Shown here: in pieces, positions 31,016-40,129 of the stretch
Position numbering within the stretch: position 1 is the first letter of the stretch
Layout: each line of letters starts with the position of its first letter
DNA from: Bacteroidota bacterium
GTDB lineage: Bacteria > Bacteroidota > Bacteroidia > CAIKAF01
Assembly (NCBI GenBank): GCA_016866335.1
Contig: VGMT01000010.1
Span: 3,144-67,143 of the forward strand
DNA: 64,000 nt
Direction of reading: 5' to 3'
Program-made: the position numbers and the translations under genes
Notes under the pieces: generated by a model
Databases searched by the model: none
Seen by the model: only the letters and a program-made list of their open reading frames with translations
Told to the model about the DNA's origin: nothing

Positions 31016-32584
31016 CTAAAATCCCAGAATCACTCTAATTGCTTGGTTCTGGCCTAGCTGTAAAAAATACACTCCCGCAGGCAGGCCTTCCAGGTTTACC
31101 GTTTGGCTTGCTTGCTCTACCCTACCCGATTTCCATTCCCTTCCTAAAGCATCTATCAAACGGTATGTTTGCCCAATAGCCGCTGCCTCTGCATCCAAAA
31201 CAAATCGGTCGGTAGCGGGGTTTGGTGCCACCATTCCCCAAGGTTCCGGCAGCTCGGCCTGCCCCAACCAGCTGTCGGAACATAGGCTTCCGGTTCTGCG
31301 CTCGTCGTACTGAAACATGGCCCATTCGGGACCTTGCCCAGGCCCTAAATCAAAGGCAAAAGCCCTGCCGTAGTTCGACTGAAAGTTGGGGTATTTGGTG
31401 TGTCCTGCAACAATTACGGCGTCCCTGCGGCCATCTCCGTTCAGGTCGCCCACCACCGGAGCCGCGCCCACCTCCATGGTATCGCCATACAAAGCACCCA
31501 GATCCACCACGAACAGCTCTTGCCCTGTGTTGCCCTGCAAACCCACAAAATGCCCGCCGGTAGTTCCAAAAAGTACATCGGGAAGTCCATCGTTGGTTAT
31601 ATCGCTCAAAGCAGCGCCCCGAAAACTGCTGCCATAACCGGGAATGGTGTAAGCCCATTGCTGCTGCCCTAAGGTATTCAAAGCGTACATACGATATCCA
31701 CCGCCAAAAACCAGTTCGCATGACCCATCGCCGTTTAGATCGGCCACCGAAACAGGAGAGCCAACATAGCCTACTGCATCAAAGCTCCATAAAACCGCGC
31801 CTGTACTTCCCTTCAAAGCCCAGAGCCGGCCGCTGTAATCGCCCAGCACCAGGTCAGGAGCGCCATCCGAATCCAAATCGGTAACCGCGGTGCCGTGGTA
31901 CACATAATCGTTCATGGGTGCCGACCAAATGGTTTGCCGAGATACACCATCGAAGGCATACACCCGGCTGCTGTCTGAAAAATTCCAAGTGGCCAAAACA
32001 ATGTCTAATCGCCCATCGGCGTTCAAATCGACCAAGGTGGGAGCGGTTTGCACCCAGGAATTCACATCAACGGCAATTTCCCATTTTACGGCCCCGTTTT
32101 GGGGATTTATGCAGAGCAGGTAACCTCCAAACTGACCGTGCAGCAGTTCCGGCAATCCGTCTCCGTCCACGTCGCCAAGGGTGGGTGGCGAATCGGACCC
32201 GCGGGTAGGTGTAGACCATTTTAATTGTCCGCTGTTGGCATCGAAGCAAAAGGTGGTGGGGTTGCATGAAGAAGCCAAGACCAGGTCCAATTGCCCATCA
32301 CCGTCCACATCGGCCAGCAAGGGAGCGGTATCGTTGCAGCCTTCGGCAAATCCGGCGGCATTGAACGACCAGCGCAAGCTGCCCGAAGAATTTAAGGCAT
32401 ACAGCATGCCGTCGTTTCGGTAGCAGCCAAAAAAAGCCTCGGGCCGTCCGTCTCCGTCCACATCGGCCAAAGCCGTCTGTCCAAAGGCATTGTCTTGGGT
32501 ATCAAAGGTCCAGAGCAAATTGGGGGTTTGGGCAGAAAGACCACTACAGAAAAACAGCGCAAGGCCAACAAAAACAGATTTCAT
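31016..32584 (-). CDS. FG-GAP/PQQ-like repeat beta-propeller protein with T9SS type A C-terminal domain
   Basis: Repeated D(V/L)DGDG..E/D motifs; PNPATD..GLPAGVYFL. Confidence 0.85.
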   Translation of the reverse strand: MKSVFVGLALFFCSGLSAQTPNLLWTFDTQDNAFGQTALADVDGDGRPEAFFGCYRNDGMLYALNSSGSLRWSFNAAGFAEGCNDTAPLLADVDGDGQLDLVLASSCNPTTFCFDANSGQLKWSTPTRGSDSPPTLGDVDGDGLPELLHGQFGGYLLCINPQNGAVKWEIAVDVNSWVQTAPTLVDLNADGRLDIVLATWNFSDSSRVYAFDGVSRQTIWSAPMNDYVYHGTAVTDLDSDGAPDLVLGDYSGRLWALKGSTGAVLWSFDAVGYVGSPVSVADLNGDGSCELVFGGGYRMYALNTLGQQQWAYTIPGYGSSFRGAALSDITNDGLPDVLFGTTGGHFVGLQGNTGQELFVVDLGALYGDTMEVGAAPVVGDLNGDGRRDAVIVAGHTKYPNFQSNYGRAFAFDLGPGQGPEWAMFQYDERRTGSLCSDSWLGQAELPEPWGMVAPNPATDRFVLDAEAAAIGQTYRLIDALGREWKSGRVEQASQTVNLEGLPAGVYFLQLGQNQAIRVILGF

Positions 32585-32801
32585 TTCAAAGGTATTTCGG
32601 GTTTAAAAGTAGGTAAAATGGGGATTGGGGGCTTAGAAATGCACTCTGCGTTCATCCTATAGTGGAGTTCAATGGCAGTTAAACTAGCCGAGCCGTAACT
32701 TTGCACGTTGGGGATATTAACATAGATGTTGTTTGAGTATGTTTTTTGGGCTTTTCGGGTCGGTTGGGTTTTGGTATTCGGGGTTGCGGCATTCGCGGTC
32801 G

Positions 32802-32847
32802 CGAGGGGCTACACCCCTCGCTGGGGTATTAAGCCCCTTCAGGGCTT
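32802..32847. repeat. Short palindromic REP-like element
   Basis: CGAGGGG-CTACA-CCCCTCG followed by AAGCCC-CTTCA-GGGCTT. Confidence 0.5.
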
Positions 32848-32857
32848 GGCGCCGCCC

Positions 32858-32998
32858 GCGCCCGGGATCGAGGCGGCATGAAGGCGGTGGCGGGCGCTTG
32901 CCCCCGGACGAGGAGGCGACCAGGGGGAGCCACCGCAGGCCGATGGGGCAAGCAGCCCGGCAGCAACTGAATACAGCTAAGAGCCCGAATTGGCGCCC
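32858..32998 (+). repeat. Extended Flavo-1-like structured repeat, copy 5 (divergent)
   Basis: GGGATCGA..GGCGACCAGGGGGAGCC..TACAGCTAAGAGCCCG. Confidence 0.68.
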
Positions 32999-33060
32999 AA
33001 AAAATCAGATTTACCTTGAGCAGCCTAACTGTTTTGAACAGCCTTTGTAGCCTGGCCGGC

Positions 33061-35160
33061 CTACGAAATCATGGACCAGGGGCCCTGGCTGCGCTCCCGG
33101 GCCTGCAAATAGCGCAACAGGTTGGCGTGCTGGGGAGCAAGCAAATCCGGATCGCGCTCTACGATGTGCCAAACCGCCTGCCGAGCCTGCTCCAACACGG
33201 GAGCATCTTCCACCAAACTGGCCAGTTTGAACTGCATTTCTCCGCTCTGCCGAGTTCCCTCTAAATCGCCCGGCCCCCTCAACTCCAAATCCTTCTCGGC
33301 AATCTTGAACCCATCGTTCGTGGCCACCATTACTGCCATGCGCTCACGCGCCTCGGTGCTCAACTGCCTCCCCGTTAGCAAAATGCAGTACGATTGATCG
33401 GCCCCCCGCCCTACCCGACCGCGCAGCTGATGCAGCTGACTCAGGCCGAAACGCTCAGCACTTTCAATCACCATGACCGAGGCATTTGGTACATTCACCC
33501 CCACCTCGATCACCGTGGTTGAAACCAAGACTTTGATGTGCCCTTTCACAAATCGAGCCATGGCGTTTTCTTTGTCGGCCGGCTTCATTTGCCCATGCAG
33601 TACATCGGCCGGAATGTCGGGCAGGTGCTGCTTGAACACCTCGAATCCCTCCAACATGTTTTTGTAGTCCAGCTTTTTCGACTCGTCAATCAGGGGGTAC
33701 ACCAGGTAAATTTGCCGGCCCGCCTCTACCTGCTGCCGAATAAACCGGTACACCTCTAGCCGAACCTCCTCGCCTTTGTGTATGGTTATAACGTTCTTTC
33801 GGCCCGGGGGCAGCTCGTCGATCACCGATACGTCCAAATCGCCGTACAAGGTCATGGCCAAGGTGCGCGGAATGGGTGTGGCTGTCATAACCAAAACATG
33901 GGGAGGCGTAGAACGGGCCTTTTCCCAAAGTCGGGCCCGCTGGGCTACTCCAAACCGATGCTGTTCATCGATGATAGCCATGCCCAGGTTATGGAACTGC
34001 ACCTCTTGCTCCAACAAGGCGTGGGTACCCACCAACAGGGCAATTTCGCCCTGCTGCAAGGCCGTGTGCAGCTTTGTACGCTCGGCCTTTTTGGTGCTGC
34101 CGGTAAGCAACCCTACCCGAATGCCCAGGGGCGCCAAAAGCTGAGATATTCCTAAAAAATGCTGCTGGGCCAGAATTTCGGTGGGCGCCAGCAAGGCGGT
34201 TTGATAGCCGTTGTCATGGGCCATAAGGGCGGTGAGCACGGCCACCACAGTTTTTCCGGATCCCACATCGCCTTGAAGTAGGCGGTTCATTTGCCGGCCC
34301 GATTTTACATCGGCCCGAATTTCTTTCAACACCCGCTTTTGTGCCTGGGTTAAGGTAAAGGGCAGGTGCTGTTCGTAAAAGGTATGAAAGGCCGGCCCCA
34401 ACTGGGGCAAGGGAATACCGGGTTGAGCGGTTTGGTTGCGGGCTTTGGTTTGCAGCATCCGAAACTGGGCCATAAACAGCTCTTCGAACTTAAGCCGAAA
34501 GCGGGCCGATTGCAGGGCCTGGTTGTCGGGCGGAAAATGAATCCAACGGAAAGCTTGGTCGCGGCCAATCAAGCCGTAGCGGCTTAGCACGGCCTCGGGC
34601 AGGTTCTCAGGAATGGGAGCCGGTAAGCCATCGATGATTTGCTTGAGCAATTTGCCAATGCCTTTGGGGTCTAAACCGGCTTTGCGCAGTTTGTCGGAGC
34701 TGGGGTACATGGGGCTTAGGCCCGGTTGCAGCTGCTGCCCCGGCTGCATGATTTCGAAGTCGGGATGCGACATGCCCGGTTGGCCTTTGTAAAAAATGGG
34801 CTTTCCGGCAACAATCAAAACCTGTCCGGGCTTCAGTTTTTCGTCCAGCCAGGCCATGTTGCCGAACCAGGTTAGTTCCATGCTGCCGCTTTTGTCGCGC
34901 AAATGCACGGTAAAGCGTGATTTTCCCTGACCGGGCAGCCATTCTTTGTGTTCAATGGCTCCGATGGACTGGACATAAGGCATGGATTCGCTGATAAGTC
35001 CAATGGGTTGAAACCGGGTGCGGTCTAAGTAGCGAAAGGGAAAATGCGTTAAGGCATCGGCAAAGCTGTGCAGGCCCAAATCTTTGGACAAAAGGGCGGC
35101 CTTGTTGGGTCCGCAGCCCTTTAAGTACGCCAACGATGTAGATAAATAATGACCTTGCAC
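33061..35160 (-). CDS. recG: ATP-dependent DNA helicase RecG
   Basis: QGDVGSGKT; DEQHRFG; MTATPIPRT; QLRGRVGRG; DLELRGPG. Confidence 0.97.
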   Translation of the reverse strand: MQGHYLSTSLAYLKGCGPNKAALLSKDLGLHSFADALTHFPFRYLDRTRFQPIGLISESMPYVQSIGAIEHKEWLPGQGKSRFTVHLRDKSGSMELTWFGNMAWLDEKLKPGQVLIVAGKPIFYKGQPGMSHPDFEIMQPGQQLQPGLSPMYPSSDKLRKAGLDPKGIGKLLKQIIDGLPAPIPENLPEAVLSRYGLIGRDQAFRWIHFPPDNQALQSARFRLKFEELFMAQFRMLQTKARNQTAQPGIPLPQLGPAFHTFYEQHLPFTLTQAQKRVLKEIRADVKSGRQMNRLLQGDVGSGKTVVAVLTALMAHDNGYQTALLAPTEILAQQHFLGISQLLAPLGIRVGLLTGSTKKAERTKLHTALQQGEIALLVGTHALLEQEVQFHNLGMAIIDEQHRFGVAQRARLWEKARSTPPHVLVMTATPIPRTLAMTLYGDLDVSVIDELPPGRKNVITIHKGEEVRLEVYRFIRQQVEAGRQIYLVYPLIDESKKLDYKNMLEGFEVFKQHLPDIPADVLHGQMKPADKENAMARFVKGHIKVLVSTTVIEVGVNVPNASVMVIESAERFGLSQLHQLRGRVGRGADQSYCILLTGRQLSTEARERMAVMVATNDGFKIAEKDLELRGPGDLEGTRQSGEMQFKLASLVEDAPVLEQARQAVWHIVERDPDLLAPQHANLLRYLQARERSQGPWSMIS

Positions 35161-35238
35161 GAATTTGATACTTGGGCTTGATGGCCGGAAAAAATCAATG
35201 TACCTTGCAGCGATGTACTCGGTATTTTTACAAAGTTA

Positions 35239-36078
35239 ATGGTTTCAGCGTTTATTTTCAGGTGGTCAATGGGGCTTGTGGCTCTGCTAAGTTTTGGGGT
35301 TTTATCGGCCCAAGACACCTTAAGAATTTATTTTAGGTCAGATTCGGCGGTACCCCTGAATGCCGGTGTTTTGAAGGAATGGAAGGAAGTAGGCGGCATG
35401 TTTGAATTGCTGGGGCATACCGACCAAAAGGGCTCGGAGGCCTACAACCTTCGGTTATCAAAGCGGCGCATTGCCGCGGTGCGGGCCTTGCTGCAGCCCC
35501 AAGAGCCAAGCTGGCATGAGGGCAAACACATTACCGAAAGGGCATTTGGTGAGTCTCGGCCGGTATCGCAAAACGATTCCTTAAACCGAAGGGTAGAGAT
35601 TGTGGTGAATAGGCCCGTAGTTGCCCCGCCTCAGGTGTTAAAGCCGCCGCGCAAGGGCTGTCAGGCGCATTTTAGCGGAGGCATTTTGGGGAACTACCCT
35701 TTGCCCGATTATGTAGAAGTTATTTTTGATTCAAATGCCCGCGGCAGCGAATGGGTGGGCGAAGGCGAGTATCCAATCAATCGGTTGGCCTTTCCGAACT
35801 CGGTCGAAAACACCTTTGACGGCATAGCGGCCGACAAAGGCACCCGGGTGATCTTGTATGAGAAGGAACATTTTCAAGGGCGGGTATTGGCCGATTTAGA
35901 GGGGCCTTTTGTATTGACAAACGTAATTTGGGCAGAGCTTTCGGCGATGGAGACGCATGCCTTGAGGGCGCATCCGGTGTTGGATAGTTTGATACCCAGG
36001 AGCCGTAGGCGGTATTCGGCGGAGAACATGCATTCCTGGTCGTTTGGGTCGGTGAAGGTAATTTGTTCGGAACGGTAG
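35239..36078 (+). CDS. OmpA-like peptidoglycan-binding domain protein with an unknown C-terminal domain
   Basis: Signal peptide; GHTD..GSEAYNLRLSKRR..FGESRP..NRRVEI. Confidence 0.78.
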   Translation: MVSAFIFRWSMGLVALLSFGVLSAQDTLRIYFRSDSAVPLNAGVLKEWKEVGGMFELLGHTDQKGSEAYNLRLSKRRIAAVRALLQPQEPSWHEGKHITERAFGESRPVSQNDSLNRRVEIVVNRPVVAPPQVLKPPRKGCQAHFSGGILGNYPLPDYVEVIFDSNARGSEWVGEGEYPINRLAFPNSVENTFDGIAADKGTRVILYEKEHFQGRVLADLEGPFVLTNVIWAELSAMETHALRAHPVLDSLIPRSRRRYSAENMHSWSFGSVKVICSER

Positions 36079-36119
36079 GGGCAGACCTTGCGTCTGCCCC
36101 TACCCGCGCCTGCCCCTAC
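36075..36119 (+). repeat. GTAG-type REP plus a half copy
   Basis: GTAGGGGCAGAC-CTTGC-GTCTGCCCCTAC at 36075-36103, then CTGCCCCTAC. Confidence 0.85.
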
Positions 36120-37573
36120 AGGAATTCTTGGCCATCATTTTGATTCCCCATTTTCAAAACCATGTCGCCTATATTATAGCAATACAAGGCGGCGGGAATG
36201 AATGAAACCGCCACCTCATCAACTGTTTTAATTCCTACACGGTCAATTGAGGTAACCAAAGCGCGCTTAAATTGGTTGACTTTGCAAAAATGGATTAGAC
36301 TTTTCAATTCGTGGGGGTTTTCGTAAAAACGATTGCTCCATTTTACCTCGACACCCCATTGGGGTTTGAAATTTTTGCCGTCCAACAACACAAAATCGAC
36401 TTCACCTTCGATTCTACCTTCCTTCCAACGTGCATAGGTTAAATCAAAATAACCTAAGTGCATCCATTGCGACAATACAATGGTTTCGACCATATTCCCC
36501 ATTTCAGGATCTGTTTCACCAATGGGTGAAAATAAAGCTGAACGCAACGATGGATTGGTTAAATAGACTTTGAAACTGCTAATTCGCTGTAGTCGTTTTG
36601 CTGAGGCATCTACCCTGTTTAATACCCTAATTAAGAATGCCGCTTCCAGGTATTCCAGGTATTTTTTAAGAGTGGCCTTTTGTATTCCACTTTCATTGCT
36701 CATTTTTTCGAACGAAAATTCATTGCCCGTGTTGTAAGCAATGTACAAGAAAAACCGGTTTAACTCCTGTACATCTTTTATACCATACAAACTGGGTAAA
36801 TCTCTTAGTAAAACCTTATCGACAATGTCGTTTTTAACATACCTACCCATATCGCTTTGAATTCGTTCATTCAAAACAATTTCAGGAAATCCACCAAAGT
36901 TCAAGTAATGTAAAAACTCCATGTTTAAGGCCTTTACATCGTGGGACAAAAAGAAAGGAATTTTGTTTTCACCGAGGTTAATATTCCCGGGATACATTAA
37001 ATGACCCCTATCTTTTAAATGAATGTACTCCTTAAAAGTAAGCGGTGGCAGCATAAAATCTGTAAACCTTCCTGCTCCACTTTCTGTACTAAACCATTTC
37101 AATGCTGCGGCTGCCGAACCCGAAACGATAAATTTGGTTTCTGGAAAAGAATCAACCAAAACCTTAAGATGCCGTTCCCAGTCTTTTAGGTATTGTATTT
37201 CATCAAAAAAAACGTAGCAACCTTTTATGCTTTCTTGGTTAACAGCTTGTTTGCATAAATTCAAAATATCTTCCAAACTTAAATTCACATAAATGGGATT
37301 GTCAATACCCACGAAAAATATATTTTTAGGATTCACCTTTTCAGACAACAATTGCTGAATGCTATGAAACAACATAACGGTTTTACCCACCCTTCTTGGC
37401 CCCATTAAAACCAACGCTCTTCTCACCTTATTTTCAACTACAAGTGGATAAAACAAGTCAAAATAAAGCCGTTTTGCCATTGAGCTAAATACTTCGGGTA
37501 TTTGCTTATTGACCCACCAAGGATTTTCATACCGCAAACGTTCTTGTATTTTATAAGATGGAATTAGATTCAT
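36116..37573 (-). CDS. AAA+ ATPase (AAA_14/DUF4143 type)
   Basis: NPWW; Walker A GPRRVGKT; FFDEIQY; ESGAGR; GGFPE; C-terminal EVDF..EVKW nuclease-like motif; visibly AT-rich. Confidence 0.88.
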   Translation of the reverse strand: MNLIPSYKIQERLRYENPWWVNKQIPEVFSSMAKRLYFDLFYPLVVENKVRRALVLMGPRRVGKTVMLFHSIQQLLSEKVNPKNIFFVGIDNPIYVNLSLEDILNLCKQAVNQESIKGCYVFFDEIQYLKDWERHLKVLVDSFPETKFIVSGSAAAALKWFSTESGAGRFTDFMLPPLTFKEYIHLKDRGHLMYPGNINLGENKIPFFLSHDVKALNMEFLHYLNFGGFPEIVLNERIQSDMGRYVKNDIVDKVLLRDLPSLYGIKDVQELNRFFLYIAYNTGNEFSFEKMSNESGIQKATLKKYLEYLEAAFLIRVLNRVDASAKRLQRISSFKVYLTNPSLRSALFSPIGETDPEMGNMVETIVLSQWMHLGYFDLTYARWKEGRIEGEVDFVLLDGKNFKPQWGVEVKWSNRFYENPHELKSLIHFCKVNQFKRALVTSIDRVGIKTVDEVAVSFIPAALYCYNIGDMVLKMGNQNDGQEFL

Positions 37574-37760
37574 AGCAGCCAATTAATTGTTTATATCTAC
37601 AAATATAGTTATTTTAAGCACATCGCAACATATCTATTTGTACATTTTTTGTATAAATAAGTCATTTTAGCTCTAAAATGTGATTTATTTATACAGAATA
37701 AATCTAGCCCTTGCTCATTTTCGTGGTTGGCAGCCACGAATGCATAAAAATTGGTGGCTA

Positions 37761-37823
37761 GGTTGGGGCAGACGCGGGTTGGGGCAGACGCAAGGTAGGG
37801 GCAGACGCAAGGTCTGCCCCTAC
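37761..37823 (-). repeat. GTAG-type REP (reverse complement of 36075-36103) plus two half copies
   Basis: GTAGGGGCAGAC-GCAAG-GTCTGCCCCTAC at 37795-37823, preceded by GGTTGGGGCAGACGC x2. Confidence 0.85.
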
Positions 37824-37908
37824 CCGAAATCATAAATAGTCCAGCATTCGTGGCTAAAATATCCGGGCGTTTGCCAACCAAAAAATGCAGACCTTTGCAA
37901 AAAAACGC

Positions 37909-39273
37909 GTGCATTCTGAGCATACCATAGCCGCACTTTCTACGCCGCTTGGCGGGGGGATTGCCTTAATTCGGGTAAGCGGTCCCCACAGCTGGACGGC
38001 GGTTAGGCAGTTTTTCAGTCCCATGGGGAAGAAACCTTCTCCCTGGAGCCACCGGCTGGCCCTGGTTGGAAATTGGATGGACGGGGAAGAGGTATTGGAC
38101 CAAGTGGTTCTGCTGCCTTTTAAAGGCCCGAACTCCTTTACCGGCGAAGATTTGGTTGAAATCAGTTTTCATGCTTCGCCCTATGTGGTCGAGCGGGCCT
38201 TGCATCAAATGGCCGGACTTGGCATTCGGCCGGCCCAAGCGGGGGAATTTACCCGTAGGGCATTTATGAACGGTAAAATGGACCTGGCTCAGGCCGAAGC
38301 GGTGGCCGATTTGCTCTCGGCCAGCCACAAAGCCGCCGTGCGCTTGGCCATGCAGCACCTCGGCGGAGCCTTTTCAAACCGCATTGCCCAAATGCGGCTA
38401 GGTCTGCTGGATTTTTGCGCTTTGCTTGAACTGGAACTGGATTTCTCGGAAGAAGACGTTGAATTTGCCTCGCGCAGCGACCTGGCAGAACGCATACAGC
38501 AGATTGAACAGCAAATTCAGGCATTGCTGCAGACCTACAGCATGGGCAGGGCCATAAAGCAAGGCATTCCCGTGGCCATTGTGGGCAGGCCAAATGCGGG
38601 CAAAAGCACCTTGCTGAACGCCTTACTGCAAGAGGAACGGGCCTTGGTATCTGACATTCCCGGCACCACCCGCGATACGGTAGAAGACGAGTTGATTTTA
38701 GAGGGCATTCGGTTTCGGTTTATTGACACAGCGGGAATCCGCGACACCCAAGACCCCATTGAAAAACTGGGCATAGAACGCAGTTTCGATGCCCTGCGCC
38801 GCTCGGGAATGGTCTTGCATTTGGGCGATGCTCAAAGCCAATCGCTGGAAGAGTTTGAGCTGGAAGAGGCTGACTGGAGGGAACGGCTAGGGTTGGAAGA
38901 CAAGCCCATTTTTCGGATTTGGAACAAGATGGATGTGCCTGGGGCACAAAAGCCGGCAGCGGGTGGTATAGCGATTTCGGCGCGGAACGGCGATGGTCTG
39001 GAAGAATTAAAGCAAGCCTTGCTTGATAATCTCGCTGAAATGGGCTACGGCAACCAAGACCTGTTGATTAGTCAGGCCCGGCATAAGGGCTTGTTGGAGC
39101 AGGCTGCCCAAGCATTGGAGCGGGTGCGGCAGCACCTGGAAGCGGGCTACAGCGGCGATCTGCTGGCCTTGGATTTGCGGCAGGCCATGCGTCCGCTGGA
39201 GGAACTTACCGGGCAAATTGGCACGGAAGAAGTGCTGGGGCATATCTTTGGGCGATTTTGCATTGGGAAGTAA
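37909..39273 (+). CDS. mnmE: tRNA modification GTPase MnmE
   Basis: TIAALST; SFTGED; GRPNAGKS; GTTRD; DTAG; terminal FCIGK. GTG start at 37909 is inferred. Confidence 0.97.
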   Translation: MHSEHTIAALSTPLGGGIALIRVSGPHSWTAVRQFFSPMGKKPSPWSHRLALVGNWMDGEEVLDQVVLLPFKGPNSFTGEDLVEISFHASPYVVERALHQMAGLGIRPAQAGEFTRRAFMNGKMDLAQAEAVADLLSASHKAAVRLAMQHLGGAFSNRIAQMRLGLLDFCALLELELDFSEEDVEFASRSDLAERIQQIEQQIQALLQTYSMGRAIKQGIPVAIVGRPNAGKSTLLNALLQEERALVSDIPGTTRDTVEDELILEGIRFRFIDTAGIRDTQDPIEKLGIERSFDALRRSGMVLHLGDAQSQSLEEFELEEADWRERLGLEDKPIFRIWNKMDVPGAQKPAAGGIAISARNGDGLEELKQALLDNLAEMGYGNQDLLISQARHKGLLEQAAQALERVRQHLEAGYSGDLLALDLRQAMRPLEELTGQIGTEEVLGHIFGRFCIGK

Positions 39274-39575
39274 AGGCATACCTGCGCAAATGCCTACCCG
39301 CCTGAACTGTGCAGGCAGAATGCGAGCGGTTTACTTGAAGGTAAGCCGAATATCTTAATAGCGATTTGTTAAGCAAATTATGCGCCAAAAACGCTGACAA
39401 TGCACGCTTGGATAGAAGATGACCAATCCCTAGTTTTTGAAGTATGAAACCCAAAGGAATGAACTTATGCCATAGTTATCTTGCCTTTATCGGGCTACCT
39501 AGGAATTTTAGGTGGTTGCCACTTGAGAATAAAATCATTTGAGGCGAAGCCCATAAATCAATAAACAAAATAACG

Positions 39576-39621
39576 TGTCATAAAAAGGATAAAAAAACGT
39601 ATATTTGTCCTTTATAAGACA
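39576..39621. promoter_or_regulatory. Two TGTC-N8-GA(C/T)A operator-like sites around a TATATTTG -7 element
   Basis: TGTCATAAAAAGGATA at 39576-39591 and TGTCCTTTATAAGACA at 39606-39621; -7 box at 39600-39607. Confidence 0.55.
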
Positions 39622-39627
39622 AGTTAA

Positions 39628-39948
39628 ATGAAAACAACCCCTGCTATATTGCCTAAAAACATGAAGATTTTAAAAGATCTGGGTGAGCATATACAGTTAG
39701 CTCGCTTGCGCCGAAAATTGAGTGCAGAGCAAATGGCTGAGCGCGCGGGACTAGGCAGAAAAACGATTTATAATATAGAACAAGGCAGCCCAACTGTTGC
39801 CATTGGAAGGTATTTACAGGTGCTCTTTGTATTGGGATTAGAGAAAGATTTAACCCAAGTTGCAGCCGCAGACCCTTTGGGCCGAAAACTGCAAGATGCC
39901 GGAATCATTACCCATAAGCGTGCACCCAAACAAAACAAAAAGTCATGA
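39628..39948 (+). CDS. XRE-family HTH protein (HipB-like antitoxin)
   Basis: LGEHIQLARLRRKLSAEQMAERAGL..IEQGSPTV..DPLGRKLQDA. Confidence 0.85.
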   Translation: MKTTPAILPKNMKILKDLGEHIQLARLRRKLSAEQMAERAGLGRKTIYNIEQGSPTVAIGRYLQVLFVLGLEKDLTQVAAADPLGRKLQDAGIITHKRAPKQNKKS

Positions 39949-40025
39949 AGGACATGAAATTTGGAATCAGGAATGGCGAGATTGAACAATTGAAGCCTGC
40001 GTTTCGGTTGGTGGTTCATGCCTAG
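39945..40025 (+). pseudogene. Probable hipA-like remnant (26 aa)
   Basis: ATGA-coupled mini-ORF MKDMKFGIRNGEIEQLKPAFRLVVHA, resembling the extreme C-terminus of HipA-like kinases. Confidence 0.45.
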
Positions 40026-40129
40026 GTGTAAAAAATGAAACAACTACCATTCCTCTGCGGGTATTTCCCTCGGGGCATGTAGCCATTGCAAAAACCTCCG
40101 GAGCTTAAAGGTCCGGATGGGTTCTGCTG

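Noticed and set aside
40002..40012. TTTCGGTTGGT matching the VR end, as a possible template repeat
   Set aside because: Only 11 bp, on the opposite strand, with no AAC-rich upstream match; better explained as part of the mini-ORF.
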